Of a stretch of 64,000 nt of DNA, positions 36,119-49,837 are shown in pieces (position 1 is the stretch's first letter; each line of letters starts with the position of its first letter). The position numbers and the translations under genes are program-made. The stretch is taken from the NCBI GenBank assembly GCA_002104905.1, contig MCFE01000271.1:1-64000 (forward strand), in the 5' to 3' direction. Under the pieces are notes generated by a model. It was not told where the DNA came from and made no database searches. It saw nothing but the letters and a program-made list of their open reading frames with translations. Origin of the DNA: Basidiobolus meristosporus CBS 931.73. Lineage: Eukaryota > Fungi > Basidiobolomycota.

Positions 36119-38098
36119 CTACAAATACGCTATGGGATTTTGTTCATAATATGATTTCCATAACACTCCTATGCCTCCAAAGAGGACCATTAGTCCCCAT
36201 ATACCGATGAGAAAATAAACGAATGGCAGCTCTTTCTTTAGAGCACTGATGTATCTTTCGATAATAGCTCTTGCCCACTTGCGATTTTCCCCCTCACCGG
36301 ATTGAAGTCGTCCTGTTGAACCCTCTTGGCCCAAAGTAATTTGCGAATGGTTTAATCTCGGAAGTGTGATGTTAGCAACATCATGTATGTACTTTAGGCC
36401 ATTTTGCAATAAACGAATCTTTTGAGTTACCAAGCAATCCATAACTTTCATGATGGCTTGGTAAAGAGGTGTACCGAGGAAAATTTTCCCTAATACCGCG
36501 TTGTAATCTTGTATCGTGAGCTCCAAAGTGTTGTTAAGTTCCTGCGTTGCGTCCAGCACGTGAGACGTGATCTTTGTGTTGATATCATATTCGAACTTCT
36601 TAACTTTTCCATTGATTGACTCCACGTACTCATTGATATCCCGGAAGAGCTCGTAGTTGACTACTTCCACCGCTTTTGCCTCCATCTCTTCAATTCCTCG
36701 GACTAGATTATCTTCCATGCTATGTCTTATCAGTTGGTCTTGTATCACATAGAGCTGGAGGTAAATGAAAAGCCAGGAAATCAACCCTGCACAGAAGAGA
36801 AGTAGCATTTTGGAAGTTGTTATGTACGACACAAACCAACGAAGAAGGCTTCGTCTATTATAACTAGTGACTCCCTTGGCAAGGAGTGTTTGGAATCGAT
36901 AGAGCCAAGGCTTGTTCCAGGTGTGATAAATGTCAAGGAGATCGTGGTCCGAACTCACCTTCTGCAGTTGGTATCTTAAGTTGGCCACTCGAGACTGTAG
37001 TTTTCGATGTAGAAAATAGATCCGGACCATGTTCGCAAGCCCCCCGAGCAGGACGAGACCACCAAGAAGATACAGGATCCAAATCAGGAGTTGCTTCAGG
37101 GCATCTGTCAAAGTTTTAATGAAACCCAAATCCATCTTTTGGCAAAACTGGACTTCATTTGCTTCCGGCACGGCAATAGAGAAGCCGGTGAAGTTCTTGA
37201 GCGTTAGTGCTTGTTCAATGAGTTGCCCCAGGGAAGTGAGTGGCGCTACAAAAGCTTCTAGCGTGCTATTCTCCAATTGACGAACGCTAGGGAGCTGACC
37301 CACGATACTATTGATATCATCCGACCAATTACCCGGGATTTGAATGTTCATTTGGGAAAGGTCAGGAATCTCTACGGTGGGTAGATGAATATTCGGATCA
37401 AAGACCTTGAGGAAGCCCTCCAGTCTGTCCCGGAGTGTATCAAAGCCAGAGTTCATACTGCCTACGCTCTTGACGAGATCGGATTTTACGTTCTCAAGTG
37501 CTTTGTTTACAAGCAGCTGAATTTTCCCCACGACATCGCTCACTACTCCAACTGTCCCATCGATTACGAATTCGATGATACACGTGATAAATGAGGTATA
37601 GGCGCGGAAGAACCAGACCAATGCAATAGAGGCGGCCCGAACAAGACCTTGGAGGCTTTTCGATGTCGCCTCGACAGCAAGAATAGCCCCATGTGTTAAC
37701 TGCTTCTCAACAGCAAGCACGGTATAGTGAGGAATTGATACGATAGCTGATGAAACACGCTCTAATGAGTGGCATTTGGATAAAATGTTTGAGGTTAGGT
37801 CTTCTGCTTTCTCATCCAACGATTGGGATGTCATGTATATTTTGAACATGGCATAGATTAATATCAATACGATGTATTGCAGAAAAGCCTGGCTGAGCTT
37901 CGCTCGAAGAGATAGATGAGGATTGATACGCTGCACTTGAAGTATAATACACCACTGTAAGCCCTTCCTATGTGTCAACAGAACTGTAAGAAATTTACCT
38001 TCGAGTGTGTCGTTCGCAGAATCAATCTTATTCCAAAATTTGAGTGCCCCGGGAGGCTTCTGCCATATTTCCTTAGCGAATGTGGTATTAGACACCAT
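36119..38098 (-). CDS. PRM1: Plasma membrane fusion protein Prm1-like, intronless
   Basis: 659-aa ORF with hydrophobic segments and Prm1-type features: LSLRAKLSQAF, C..LE...S...SIPHY, YTSFITCIIEFVIDG, DCLV..KI..LQNGL.YIHD.ANITLP. Contains N-glycosylation sequons. Confidence 0.75.
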   Translation of the reverse strand: MVSNTTFAKEIWQKPPGALKFWNKIDSANDTLEGKFLTVLLTHRKGLQWCIILQVQRINPHLSLRAKLSQAFLQYIVLILIYAMFKIYMTSQSLDEKAEDLTSNILSKCHSLERVSSAIVSIPHYTVLAVEKQLTHGAILAVEATSKSLQGLVRAASIALVWFFRAYTSFITCIIEFVIDGTVGVVSDVVGKIQLLVNKALENVKSDLVKSVGSMNSGFDTLRDRLEGFLKVFDPNIHLPTVEIPDLSQMNIQIPGNWSDDINSIVGQLPSVRQLENSTLEAFVAPLTSLGQLIEQALTLKNFTGFSIAVPEANEVQFCQKMDLGFIKTLTDALKQLLIWILYLLGGLVLLGGLANMVRIYFLHRKLQSRVANLRYQLQKVSSDHDLLDIYHTWNKPWLYRFQTLLAKGVTSYNRRSLLRWFVSYITTSKMLLLFCAGLISWLFIYLQLYVIQDQLIRHSMEDNLVRGIEEMEAKAVEVVNYELFRDINEYVESINGKVKKFEYDINTKITSHVLDATQELNNTLELTIQDYNAVLGKIFLGTPLYQAIMKVMDCLVTQKIRLLQNGLKYIHDVANITLPRLNHSQITLGQEGSTGRLQSGEGENRKWARAIIERYISALKKELPFVYFLIGIWGLMVLFGGIGVLWKSYYEQNPIAYL

Positions 38099-40529
38099 AG
38101 TGAATTCAGTTACGGATAGCGAATAACATTTGCATTATATACGATGCCCAGGGCTAGGGAAGGCACATAGCACAATCACATAGACCCCTCATTCAAACGC
38201 TCAAAATCCCCTTTCATCCCACCTCTAGTCGAGAAACAGTGTAAGCATTCGGTTGTCTACCCTTTATTATGACTCTTGACATCAACGGCCTACCATTCTT
38301 CTCAGTGTACCTAGCTTCAACAACGATCAATCAATCGTGCAACAGTGTTTATGGCCCTATAAAGAGCTTTGTGGGATGCTATTCTTGACATTCCAGAGGA
38401 GTAGATTGATCTACATCCTATGGATCAGTCTGATTGCTTGGTTGGAAAAAGCCTGGCAGCAGATCACGCAATCCTTGGTCTGCACAAAGTCTGCGTTCGG
38501 CTATTGTGTGTTGTACTATTGTGCTATTATGGCAGCACTGGATTAAAGCAAGTTGGTTTTATCGTGTGCCAAAATAGGCAGTGGTAACCATGAAATTCGA
38601 GGATATTCAGCTACTGGAACTAGTAAGCTTCTTTATAATAAAGTGTTTGTGATATCACCATATATGGAAATGGTCGAATCAAATCATCATTAAAGTTCCA
38701 ATCGTAGCTCCTCTAGTATTGATAGACATTTGAATGTGCCAGTTGCCAGATTCGTGAAGCCCATCGCTAAAAGATTTGTCTAGAAGTTGTGTAAAACTTC
38801 AGATAGTAGCTATTGATTTGCGTTCTACTGATAAACAGATCAGATTTCGATGATAACTTTACCACGCTCACCGTGGCTGACTTGACCAGTATAAGCATGC
38901 TCATTCAGATCATTGTGATTGTCGACTTGCTGTTTCGCATGCTATTTTTACCATCGTCAAGAGGGAATCGCACATTGGGGATATTTTCAAGAATCAAACC
39001 TGATGGGCACCAACTATGTATGGCCTTGAGCCACTAAAAATTGACAAAAACGACGAATGCTATGGTACCTCCCCACACCTATTACGAATGCTTAGTGCCG
39101 GATACAAGAACCATAGTCATCTGCTGAAGGAGGTGGTATTTCAGCAGGTGTCTAATACATTCCACATCAACCACTGCGTAACAGATGCGGTAGGTGCTTA
39201 CGGTTTGGAGGTAGCAAGTGGTATATGTTTCTGAATCACTTGAATAACAAGCTAAGGGGTCCTGTGAATTTTATTGAATGACTGAGGATTTGTAACGCTT
39301 ACCAGGTTGAAGACGGAATTCGCATTTCCGGTCACAATGTTCTGCAAAATTTGCCATAGAATAATGCTGTAACGATGTAGCTGGCGCAGTTACCGATTCC
39401 AGCAGCCATATGCTCCATGATCAGTACGCCTGTGATTACTACCCTCCATCTCAATGATTTGTTTTGATAACGAACACCGCATGATTTCACAATGCTGCTG
39501 GTCTCAATGTTGTGCGTTAAAATGGCAAGAATTTGTGGATACTTGCGGTCTACATATCGTTCGAAATGCTCATCCATCCCAAGGCCATTCCTACTTGGCA
39601 CTGGTCGAAGGAGAAATGAGATACACGTTCCGGAGCCTAGGTGGGATGATCTTTCCAACAACTTTAATATGGTAATATTTAAAATCATATAAGGCCATAG
39701 TCATCGCATTTACCATTTGCCCAGAGCTTGGACCATTCGATATACCGGTAGCAGGGCCAAAACTACCCATTTCCCCTTTTGCCATGATTGCTGATTAGAA
39801 ATCTAGGGAAGTATTGCAATGAAATTATGATATCGTTCGTGCATATCGACCATTGGAGTGTTTTGTGCCCATTTTTCCTGGAGTGCAATGTCACTCAATA
39901 TTGGTATGAATGTGATTAGATTGTGGCACCCTGGAAGGGGATTCATGTCACCACGGAACCCAGTGCTATAAATATTAGAAAGATCTCGCTTCAACCCCGA
40001 TCTCTTCCTTTAACTATTGAGCTTGTTTCATTTGATTGGTCGGCTGCTGGGTGATCAGAATATACCCGTGCGAGAATATAATAAACCATCAGCCACTTCG
40101 TGTTCACTCTCATTTTTGTAGTGTACGATTTTCCACCAGATCTCTTTATTCTCCTGTATCTAAGCGTATTCGATTTATTCAAGCGGGCCGTTTCTATTCA
40201 ATAACGAAATCATCTCCATCCACTTTGAGCATTCCACCTCATTACTTATTTCAGTTAGACACCTGGGCACAATATTTGCTATTTTTGCTGTTGAGGTCTG
40301 TCTCTTGATACGAACAGGGTGGAAGAAAGAAAGTGCCAAATTCCAATGCTAACTGTATACCGCAGCGTATCAGATTACTCAGCAGCCCTCCATTAATGCA
40401 TCGTGTCTCTCTGTTCTTAGATTTAATTGACCTACCCTTCCTGTCTCCTCGCACACGAGCATTAGACACAACAATAAGTAGCCGCTCCCCCACCTTAATA
40501 GCCACTCCCCCATCGCCCTTTCTGCATCA

Positions 40530-41423
40530 ATGAAGCTTAAAAGAAAGACTGTTCAAGAAAAGCGAAAAGCAAAGAAGCCATCGGAAACGGAACTATACAA
40601 TGACAAAGGCCAGATATCACGCAATACTCCTCAACCTAGGTCAACCCGAGATTCCCCCCTTCAGCCATTGCTTTCCATACACGAGCAAACGACTTCCCAA
40701 GAACCTGGGCATCGATACCAACAAAAACATGCTTCATTTGACACTGGAAAACACTCGTCGATTTCTTCTACACAGTCGGATCATCTAAACAGCCCACCGG
40801 CACAATCCCTAAGTTCCAATCAAAGCACTGAATCCAATAATCACCCATATTCTCACCATATGCAATCTGCTTCAGACGACTATGGAGAAGGAAGCCTATG
40901 TGAGGACTCAGATGAAGAATACTCGCATGATGATGAAGAAAACCGCTCGCCCTTTGATATTAATTTCCTCCTCAACCCTGACCCCCAAGAGCGTACCCTT
41001 CACTCCTCGAACATTAGGCACGGGGAATCATCTACACTCAACACAATTCGATCATTTAGCCAGGACGTTACCGGTATACCTTTAGAAGGCTCATCGGCCC
41101 CTTCAGCCTCGGCGAGTGAATTTCAAAAGTTAAAATTTGTACATTTCCAAAACTCCTTGAACGCTCGAATCGAGGAAAAAGGGTACCGCTGTGCAATCTG
41201 CCAGAGAGAGTTCCAACGACCCAGTACGCTTCGAACCCACATGTATTCCCATACTGGGGAAAAGCCTTTTGCATGCACCTTCGAAGGCTGTAACAAGCGC
41301 TTTTCCGTAGAGTCGAACATGCGTCGACACCTGAGACTGCATTTTACACCTAATCAGAGAGTGAGAAGTCCTAGAAGACGAAAAACATGGGTCCATACGT
41401 TCACACACCACTACAGCCCGTAG
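40530..41423 (+). CDS. C2H2 zinc-finger transcription factor (two fingers, Nrg1-like)
   Basis: YRCAICQREFQRPSTLRTHMYSH-TGEKP-FACTFEGCNKRFSVESNMRRHLRLH, after a low-complexity N-terminal region. Confidence 0.88.
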   Translation: MKLKRKTVQEKRKAKKPSETELYNDKGQISRNTPQPRSTRDSPLQPLLSIHEQTTSQEPGHRYQQKHASFDTGKHSSISSTQSDHLNSPPAQSLSSNQSTESNNHPYSHHMQSASDDYGEGSLCEDSDEEYSHDDEENRSPFDINFLLNPDPQERTLHSSNIRHGESSTLNTIRSFSQDVTGIPLEGSSAPSASASEFQKLKFVHFQNSLNARIEEKGYRCAICQREFQRPSTLRTHMYSHTGEKPFACTFEGCNKRFSVESNMRRHLRLHFTPNQRVRSPRRRKTWVHTFTHHYSP

Positions 41424-44103
41424 ACGTCAAGTATCCTGTAATCTAGATGACTGCCGTAACCCTACCTCGCCACCACCTATGCATTTTACAATGTTCAGAT
41501 TTCAATTGATAGAGACCTCGTAACGTATTGCTCCTGCCACATCTTTCCTCTATACCTAGCTTCCTTGTATTCATCCCTTTTTCCAGCCCTAGCTACATAC
41601 CCATTAGATAATTGTTTATTCGCTATATTTTTGGTAAATTATCGGAGTTTTGCTAAATCTCTTAATGACCATTTGCCAAGTCACCTGATAGAGTCAGTCA
41701 TTTGTTCAATGCTCGAAAAGTGATATTACCTCCTACTTCCCTTTTTTGATAGCTCTCAAGCGCATATCTAATAGAAACAGGATGAGAATTCTCTCAGCTG
41801 GTGATGTTACATCACAAGCGTCGAAATTAGTAACTAGGCGTCGAGAAATGCATTCCTATTTCGATGGTCTGGAAGCCACTAATTCATATACATGCCAGGG
41901 CGTTGGCCTCTGAAACTACGCGAATGAACACTAGCCGATACGGGCACGGTTATGGAATGTTACCATGCTCCGTGGGAGTTCCTCTAAATCGAGGGTGGTG
42001 AAAACGAGAAGTATCGCTGCTACCGCATGTATAACGCGAAACATGATTTGATAGATGGTGTGTCAAGATAGGGCTCTAAAAGATTCCTGTATGATGAAGA
42101 TGCACCACATGAAAATTCACCCGCTTTGTAATGATGCCTGACCAAGTAACCCTCTTCAGTGTTTCTAGATTGCTCTTTGCTGCAATAGCCCAGTAATACA
42201 TCATGCATATACAGTCATTGCTAGTAGAAGTATGATTCAAATATGATTTATGTGTATCCCGGATGGCGGGATACATGTATCACATAGCTCTACTTAGGTT
42301 TGATTTAGATTGATTCATATTGTATATGGCTTACCACATATTGTGGAGAACCGTGGATCCTGAGTTGATCAGAAATCCATTCAGGGTCCATACCGCTCTA
42401 GGTAACAAACCGCGGAACAAGCCGTACTTGATAGTTTAACCATCTATACCTAGATTTGTTGTGGGCATATGCCTATATGGGCCTTCACACCTCCACAAAA
42501 AGGCAGGGTTGTGATCAGGATGAGCGTGACCCATGACAAAACAATCATACAATATACATCCCGTTGTGTGGTATTTCCATTCAAATGCACCCTCGACGGC
42601 CACAGCCCTTTAGTAGCAAAATTTTCTTTTGGCATGACTAATACATGCTTCGAATGAGTGCTGGTGATCCCGGGTTTGCCAAATTCTGTGTAGCTAATGT
42701 GGAGAATAAACCTTGATTTTCAATGGGAATTCATCTAAGGCTCATACGAGCCCAGCTATTCTTTCTGATGGGCTTAAAATGGCATTCAAGATGTGATTAT
42801 CTTTCCATAATTGTTGGCTCACCGGGGCATTGCCATCTCTTACGTCCAATAATCTTGGAGGTTGTCGCCAGATATGAGCCATCTCACCATACTCGGCCTC
42901 CACGGTGTTAGTGTGTGGTCAACGAATCGGAATTTTCAGCAGTGGAGACGACTACAACGATTGCCTATTCAGATAAATGTGCCTTAACCACATCGTATGG
43001 TACCAATCTACTTACGACCCATGATAACAAGGGCATTTACTCCACATAATAGTGGTGTCATTGTTTACAGTGAAGAATTCGTGTTCGAAACGTTCTGCGA
43101 TAATGTGCTACAGTCCAAACTGCCTATCAAGCACCATTATTCTTCTGGACTACAGAATCATGGGAAAATACCATACTTAGACTGTGAACCCTGGCCCTCG
43201 ATATTCCAACAGATGTGGCACAAAATATATGGAATTCACATGAGTCGGTGTGGTTCGAATCATAAAATGGCCGTTCAAATCTCGTCGCCGCAACCGCTAG
43301 TTCGATTTGTACAGTACACCATTGAGTAAACAAACATTGCCTAATTTTAAGGGCTTCGATAATAAAAATGTGATGTAAGACCTGTATCAATATTGATGTA
43401 AATATTATACTTCTTGTGCACCAGAATGGCCAATGGGGAAAGGCCCCCGCGGAACGTTTATCAAAAGAAGCAATCGTTGAATCGGCTACAGGTGCCGTTT
43501 ACAGTGGATTTGGAAAATGGCGGGTAATCCTTTCATGAACTCTGAAATGTACCCGTATGGCTAAATCCTTGAACTGATCAGAAGATTGCTGGTGTTCCCA
43601 CTTGCTTAGTATGGAAATTTTCGAAATTCGTGCAGGGTACACATGATATTTGGCTGCTGATTCATGCAGGGATTATTACCGAGATCTGAGTATTCCGTTG
43701 CCTTCACACCGGTACTATTGGTACGGTAAACCCTCAGAAGGTAAAAAATATATTCCAACGCATGGGAAATGGATAGTTCAATCCCATCGATGTTTCAGTG
43801 CTTATTATGCAATAGTGTGAACATTTCATGGTTAGATCCATCTTAAGATTGTGCGTGGTACCCTCTAAGATGATGTTCGTTCGAAGTAACATCCATAAAC
43901 TAATTTTGGTGCCCAGAATTGTTCAGTACTACCCACCATTCTGATGTTGGCCTGCGAGTATTGGTAATCTGCGAGCTGTTTATTGTAATGCAGCTTCATT
44001 CCAAATAATATTATGCATACCAAGTTTTAGATTCGCTTAAGGATAAACAAAAGTGTCTCGGTGAAGTTATACAAGGAAATAAAGTGACGCAGTCATGAGT
44101 AGT

Positions 44104-44547
44104 CTAATCTCTAAAGCGGAGCCGTTCCTCATCTGTCATATTTTGCCATAGAGTCGCTATCATGCGAGATGCTTCCTCTCCATATATTTTACATTTCGAT
44201 AGCTCCTCAGTTTTGAGGATGACATACTTCGAGTATGCATCATGCCATAATGTAGTATCCTGTACAATTCGGTTGTCTCCAAGGTCATATATACGTTTCT
44301 TGGTATTACGCGGATTCAGTACAATTGGTGAATCCACATCTGTAGGGAGAAACGCCTGAACATGCTTGCTGTTTTGGTGTAATGATCGAGAAAAACTGTC
44401 ATCTTGCACCAGAAGCACCCGGTATCCCCTTGGAATCAGGTAGTACGAGCCTACGTTAGTGCGTGGAATCTGATCAACAGGGAGGCTGGAGATATGAAAA
44501 GCGGCTAAACGCCTATTTTTGTGGTTCTTATTGATCATTATTCTCAC
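44104..44547 (-). other. ORF with a degenerate HMG-box-like C-terminus (gene or pseudogene)
   Basis: EEASRMIATLWQNMTDEERLRFRD resembles HMG helices 2-3 (EISKIIGEMWKNLSEEEK..Y). Helix 1 matches poorly, the ORF stops early, and the start codon is GTG. Confidence 0.35.
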
Positions 44548-46647
44548 AAGTTAGAGTTCATAAAAGAAATAGAGACAAGTTTAGATCAACATCAGTCTAG
44601 ATGTGAGAGGGTGGTGGTGCTGTCGTGCCTTGATGATATTCTGATACTTTTATATATTTAGCGGCGGGCTACAGCAATTGTTATTTTATAAATGGTTGTT
44701 CCTTGGTCGAAATGAGAAACACTGTAGCTTCCTTGGCATACTATGAACAGTGGTATCTTCAATTTAGGACGTTCACCAATGGTTATGACTTTTCTAATTT
44801 GCAGTTCACGTTGTTGGGAAAGCATGCTTTTTATTAGCTTGGCCTTAATGCATTGATGTATCCAACTCGGTAATTGGATATAAACAGGGTTCTGACCTTG
44901 GAAATGAATTTATCTTGGCTGTTTAGAGGAAGGTAGTAGCTAATAGGAGCCTCAGCGAGTGACTGGTCCAATGAGAGAGGGAGCCATGTTGCCTGCAAAA
45001 TTTCTGTGTGGCTTGGAGGTATAGTGGCTATACAGCCCTCTAAAAAATTTCTATAGGGCGAACCATCGTAGCCATGGATATTGTCCTATAGAGCAATCCG
45101 GTCGCTAAAACAATGGTTTAGTAATACAGCCATGTATATAATCTGATGCTGGCTTAGGATACGCGTATAAATTTAGTTACGTATAATGTTTGGAATTCGT
45201 TCAAGACCTCCGAACAACATATGTAGTGTGAACTACAGCTATTGGAGTTCGGGATAAGCATTTTAATTGGGGAAATGCATCATCTAATCTGATGAATCAT
45301 CCTTTGTTTCTGAGTAGTCCCGCTTGTGAGAAGCATCGATGAATCCCAGCCAAAGCTTGGATGTATGTACTTTGTGGCCCGAGTTACGGCTTAATCTAAC
45401 GAAGACATGATAAATAGTATAATTTTTACTATCGTGAGCTTGTGTATTGTTAATGCTTGATCGTGCGGAATTGGCCTCAATCCTATTTGGTGTATACTTT
45501 GGCGTGCATGCGGTATTCTGCTTTGCATCGACTTGACTGTGGATATTCACCAGGACTATTTTTGGATAAAAACCCGCAATAAAGGTTGTTGTTGCTCCAT
45601 CCTCGTTACTCACAAATCTCTTGATCCAAATCTACAATTTTCAGTTATAGAACACTACCAAGTACACAGAATGGGATGGGATCGGAAATAGTAGAAATCA
45701 ACATAGATAATCAGAATTAGCACTCATATCCAGGTTATTTTGATATGAACGAAAATTGCGTAATACCAAGAACTCTTCTCCGACTTGGTTGGTTAACATT
45801 TTACATCCTGTACTTTGTTGACATGTTTCACTCACATATCGAAGCTAGTGTACATGCCGATGATATAATACCTGTATGACTATTGTATCTTATAGCTTTG
45901 GTTCTACTATACTCACCGAATATTGATATGGCTGACCATTCTTAAAAACATGTGCATTATTAGGAGGAATACTATAGCGAAGGCTGCAGAAGGAATATCT
46001 CTGCTCGGGTCATCATGGTATATGAAAGGAAAGGAATACATAGGTCAAATCCAAAAGTAAGAGATTCCGTAGGACTTCAATGGGATATTATATAAGAGAG
46101 GATAATCATGAATTTAGATATAAAAACGAATATCCAGATATCAGTAGTACCTTCGAGGCTCATGCGAACCCCAATAGTAATCTATTATTACTGGTATTCT
46201 AACATTAGTACCTGAAACAGTTTCTGTGCTGAGCACGAATGTACAATCTTAGATCTTACCAGCAACCAGCCCTTCAGGTGATGTGAAGGTTAATATCGAG
46301 GCTTCGAGTACTACATACGTTGTTACACTGTTATCACCGTAGATGTATAGCAAATAATGCAACCAAGTAGCGAATCTAGGCTTGATCAGACTCGCTGTAA
46401 CTCTATACTGTCAGAGAAGATGGTGAAGAATTACGCCGTGATGCGCTAGTCTGTCAATCAAGCCCAACTATCCCGCGCGTATCATCTTTGATCAGGTTTG
46501 TGACCATGATTGCCATAAACAACATCTATTCATGAAAATGGTAACTATTGTTGGGGGCCTTTTTATGCTGGAATTACGTATACAGAATATGCTCATGCAT
46601 ATAAAGAAACTGAATCACCAACTGCGTTATTACAAAGTCATTCACTC

Positions 46648-48070
46648 ATGGAATTATTTGACTTGCATCAGCAATTAGTCTCCATCAATTCAACAGTTGG
46701 TTCAGAGGCCCCAGCAGTTGACTATTTATATCAGTACTTAACAAAACTTGGTTGGACTGTTGAACGCCAGTATGTGGAAGATGGAGAAGGAGGCCCTAGA
46801 GAAAATATATTCGCACATTTGGGAAATAAGAACCCCAAGTTAATCCTAAACAGTCACCTAGATACAGGTAAGAGAGGTTTTTATCTGAAGAAGGCATCAC
46901 GACTAATGTAACACTGTTGAGAAGTTCCACCATTCATTGATTATCAGAGAGAAGGCGACAAAATCCGGGGAAGAGGAACATGCGATGCTAAAGGCTCGGT
47001 AGCTGCTCAAATAGTAGCAGTTGAAGAATTGCGCAAGGAGTTAGGCGACCTAAGCATAGGGTAAGCCGATCCTTTGAAACCGCTATCAAGCATTTTATGG
47101 TAAATATTGTCTTCTTAGACTTCTCTACGTAGTAGGTGAAGAGCGTGGTGGGACTGGGATGCTTAAAGCTAACGAGGTAATAACTTTATAATCTGCATTT
47201 TCGTGATGTTCTTGTGTAAACTATACAAAATAGTTGGGTCTCGAACCTGAGGCTATTATTATTGGAGAACCTACGGAAAATAAGTTGGCTCTGGGTCACA
47301 AGGGAATTGTTGGATTTAAGATTACCAGCCAAGGTTTTTAGGTGTATATCATATATGTCGTTCTTAAATGAATTAACAGAATCATTGCTGTTAGGGAAAG
47401 CCGCACATTCTGGCTATCCTGAACTTGGTCAATCAGCAACTGACCAATTGGTAGAGGCTTTATGGAAGTTGAAGAGTATTGTTAGTGTAGATATTGTTGA
47501 GAATTACGGATGACAGCATGAGGATTAACTTCGAATTTAGAAATTCCAGGAGGAAAATTCAAGGCTAGGCAAAACCACCATAAACATCGGAATTCTCGAA
47601 GGCGGGGTGGCGCAAAATGTAATCCCAGAGCATGCTAGTGCTACCATTTATATAAGAGTAGCAACTGATGCTTCATACATCTGGCAAACCGTTCGCGATA
47701 CAATTGGTGGAATTCAAGGAATCAGCTTGGAACTAAACACGAAAACTGATCCTGTTACCCTGGATGTGGTGGATGGCTTTGATGTAATGGTGGCCAAGTA
47801 TAACACTGGTAGGTACAACACCCCAAAAGTTATTGCGGTTTATTCCTGATCTGTATGGTTAGATTTTTCGCGCTGGAGAGGTCCAGGAAAAAAGTATCTA
47901 CTAGGTCCAGGTAAAACTCATAGTATGCGTATTCACCTTCGCTATTTCTAATTGGAGATTTAGGAACTATACATGTTGCACATACTTCCGAAGAGTTTGT
48001 CAATGCTGCAGAGTTGAAGGAAGCTGTGGAGTTATACAAGAAGCTGATAAAGCATGTAATTGAACAGTAA
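46648..48070 (+). CDS. M20-family metallopeptidase (ArgE/DapE-like), multi-exon
   Basis: LILNSHLDT|VPP, GRGTCDAKGSVAAQI, VVGEERGG, IIIGEPT, KAAHSGYPE, TINIGILEGGVAQNVIP and LLGPG|TIHVAHTSEEFV. Stop at 48068-48070. Confidence 0.92.
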
Positions 48071-48217
48071 TTTTGTTGAATATGAATGCTGTTACATCTA
48101 GTCAAGTTCCATAAATCCACTGCAAGTCTAATGCAGCATTAGATGGTGAAGCTGTACAGTGTTTTATGCATTTCGATGCCAAACCATCTAATTTTGTTCA
48201 GCAGGCCAATCCATGGT

Positions 48218-48649
48218 TTACTCAAAAACAATATGATCGTAGCTTTCCAATTGTATGATATCTCTGGAGTCAACGAAGACAAGTGTCAAATATGATGTAC
48301 CAGGTTGTTCTCTTAGTGTATTATGCGATGGGGTATCTATTTCTAAATCTTCCAAGTGGGGAAAAGAAATATAATCAGAGCTTTGGTTAAGTTTTGGGAA
48401 TAGGACTGAGCGTCTGTCCTGCTGCTTTCGTTTCAAGCTTGCCTCGCTAATGGCAGAAGATTCCCGTGGGGCGCTAAATCGAGAGCCTCGTCTACTCGGC
48501 GGAATAGTTGCGTATTTACCGCTGAAAAGTCTCTTCAGCCCATTTAGAAGAAATCTGTCCTTTTTGTGTTTTTGAGAGGTTGTAATGTTCATAAAAGTCA
48601 AATTTTGACGTGAATCTTGTGGCTGCTGAATACAGATCGATATGGACAA
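48218..48649 (-). CDS. Small hypothetical basic protein (probably spliced at the 3' end)
   Basis: 143-codon ORF (GLKRLFS...RRGS...DYISFPHLEDLE) with a GTACAT-type donor after EQP. No recognisable domain. Confidence 0.4.
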   Translation of the reverse strand: MSISICIQQPQDSRQNLTFMNITTSQKHKKDRFLLNGLKRLFSGKYATIPPSRRGSRFSAPRESSAISEASLKRKQQDRRSVLFPKLNQSSDYISFPHLEDLEIDTPSHNTLREQPGTSYLTLVFVDSRDIIQLESYDHIVFE

Positions 48650-49837
48650 AAGCAGTTTCTATATTTCGAAGTTAAGCATGCGGAAAAGAACGATGGCTGG
48701 GCTTTCTGACTGTTTCCATTCTAGGTCCACGGAGTCGGACTTTTATAGCAATTCTGCCTCAGATGAAACAGTCCATTTTATCCATAGCATAGTGGGCCTG
48801 CCCACAGACCATAAATGCTATTGATCGAACCAATGATAGATGTTGGCTGAATATAAAGGATCATCAATTGATCCCGTCGCCGTAGCAGCCAATAGAGGTG
48901 TTAAATCCCATCCTCAATAGCTGAACTGTTGCGACCACCAGGTGAATACAAAGTATCGCATGCTTTATGACGCTGTTCATGTATCTGTTGTAAACAAATT
49001 TAGGAAAGCGCATTAAATAGATCTTGTTCCGATTGATGAGCAGCTGATCCGATCTGCAATGTGATAAAGGCCTAGGAGGCACTCAGTCCCAGGCTCTCGA
49101 AAATAAATGACAGCATCATTATAAGCAATAAGGCAGACTGTACAGATGTATTTTCTGATGCGAAATAAACAGCCTACTTTCACGAGGAAAGGATACAATG
49201 TGTCACTGGTTAAACCACCTTAGACTCTCACGAGCTCCCCTGTCTATCGCTTCCGTTCCTTCGATTTTTCCAACAATCTATATTGACTCACATTCATAAT
49301 CATGACCGATCCTCTCAGCTCGTTTCGCAATTGCCAATTGGAATTATCCTATATTTTACCTTGGAATAACATCATCAATATTATGTCAAGGCGACTGAGG
49401 TGGCCTGGGCATCGGTAACGCCAAGGTGTTAACTTCCCATACACCTCCGTGAGAAAGTATAGTGACTTGATAGATGACAAACACTTCGCCACACATAGAA
49501 AAGCTTAGTAATCACAGTATAACAGCATGGCTGCTTGGAAGAAATCTTCCATTGGATTTATTTACAAATGAAAATCAAGAAACGTCACTAAAACTCCAGC
49601 GATAGGATATATTGGGGTCTTCACCTTTGATGTTTGATATAATACAACAATGTTTGCCAAGATGTTGACATTGTGACTTGGGCACATGATGGGGGTTTGC
49701 AATAAGTGAAGAGGGAATTAGTTCGAATATTGTACAAATATAAGGGTGATGGAGTATTGTAGCAATCCTTGTATAGTGACAGCAATTGGAAAGTGTAGAA
49801 GGTGAAGGAAAATTTGTAGGTATGCTATCGGAAGAAC

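Noticed and set aside
38800-39800. Cluster of 60-120-aa ORFs upstream of PRM1
   Set aside because: No recognisable motifs and no consistent splice model.
43245-43270. GGTTCGAATC T-loop-like motif
   Set aside because: No A-box or cloverleaf could be built around it.
45284-45613. 109-aa ORF as an upstream exon of the HMG-like ORF
   Set aside because: No motif, and no splice path linking it to 44547 was found.
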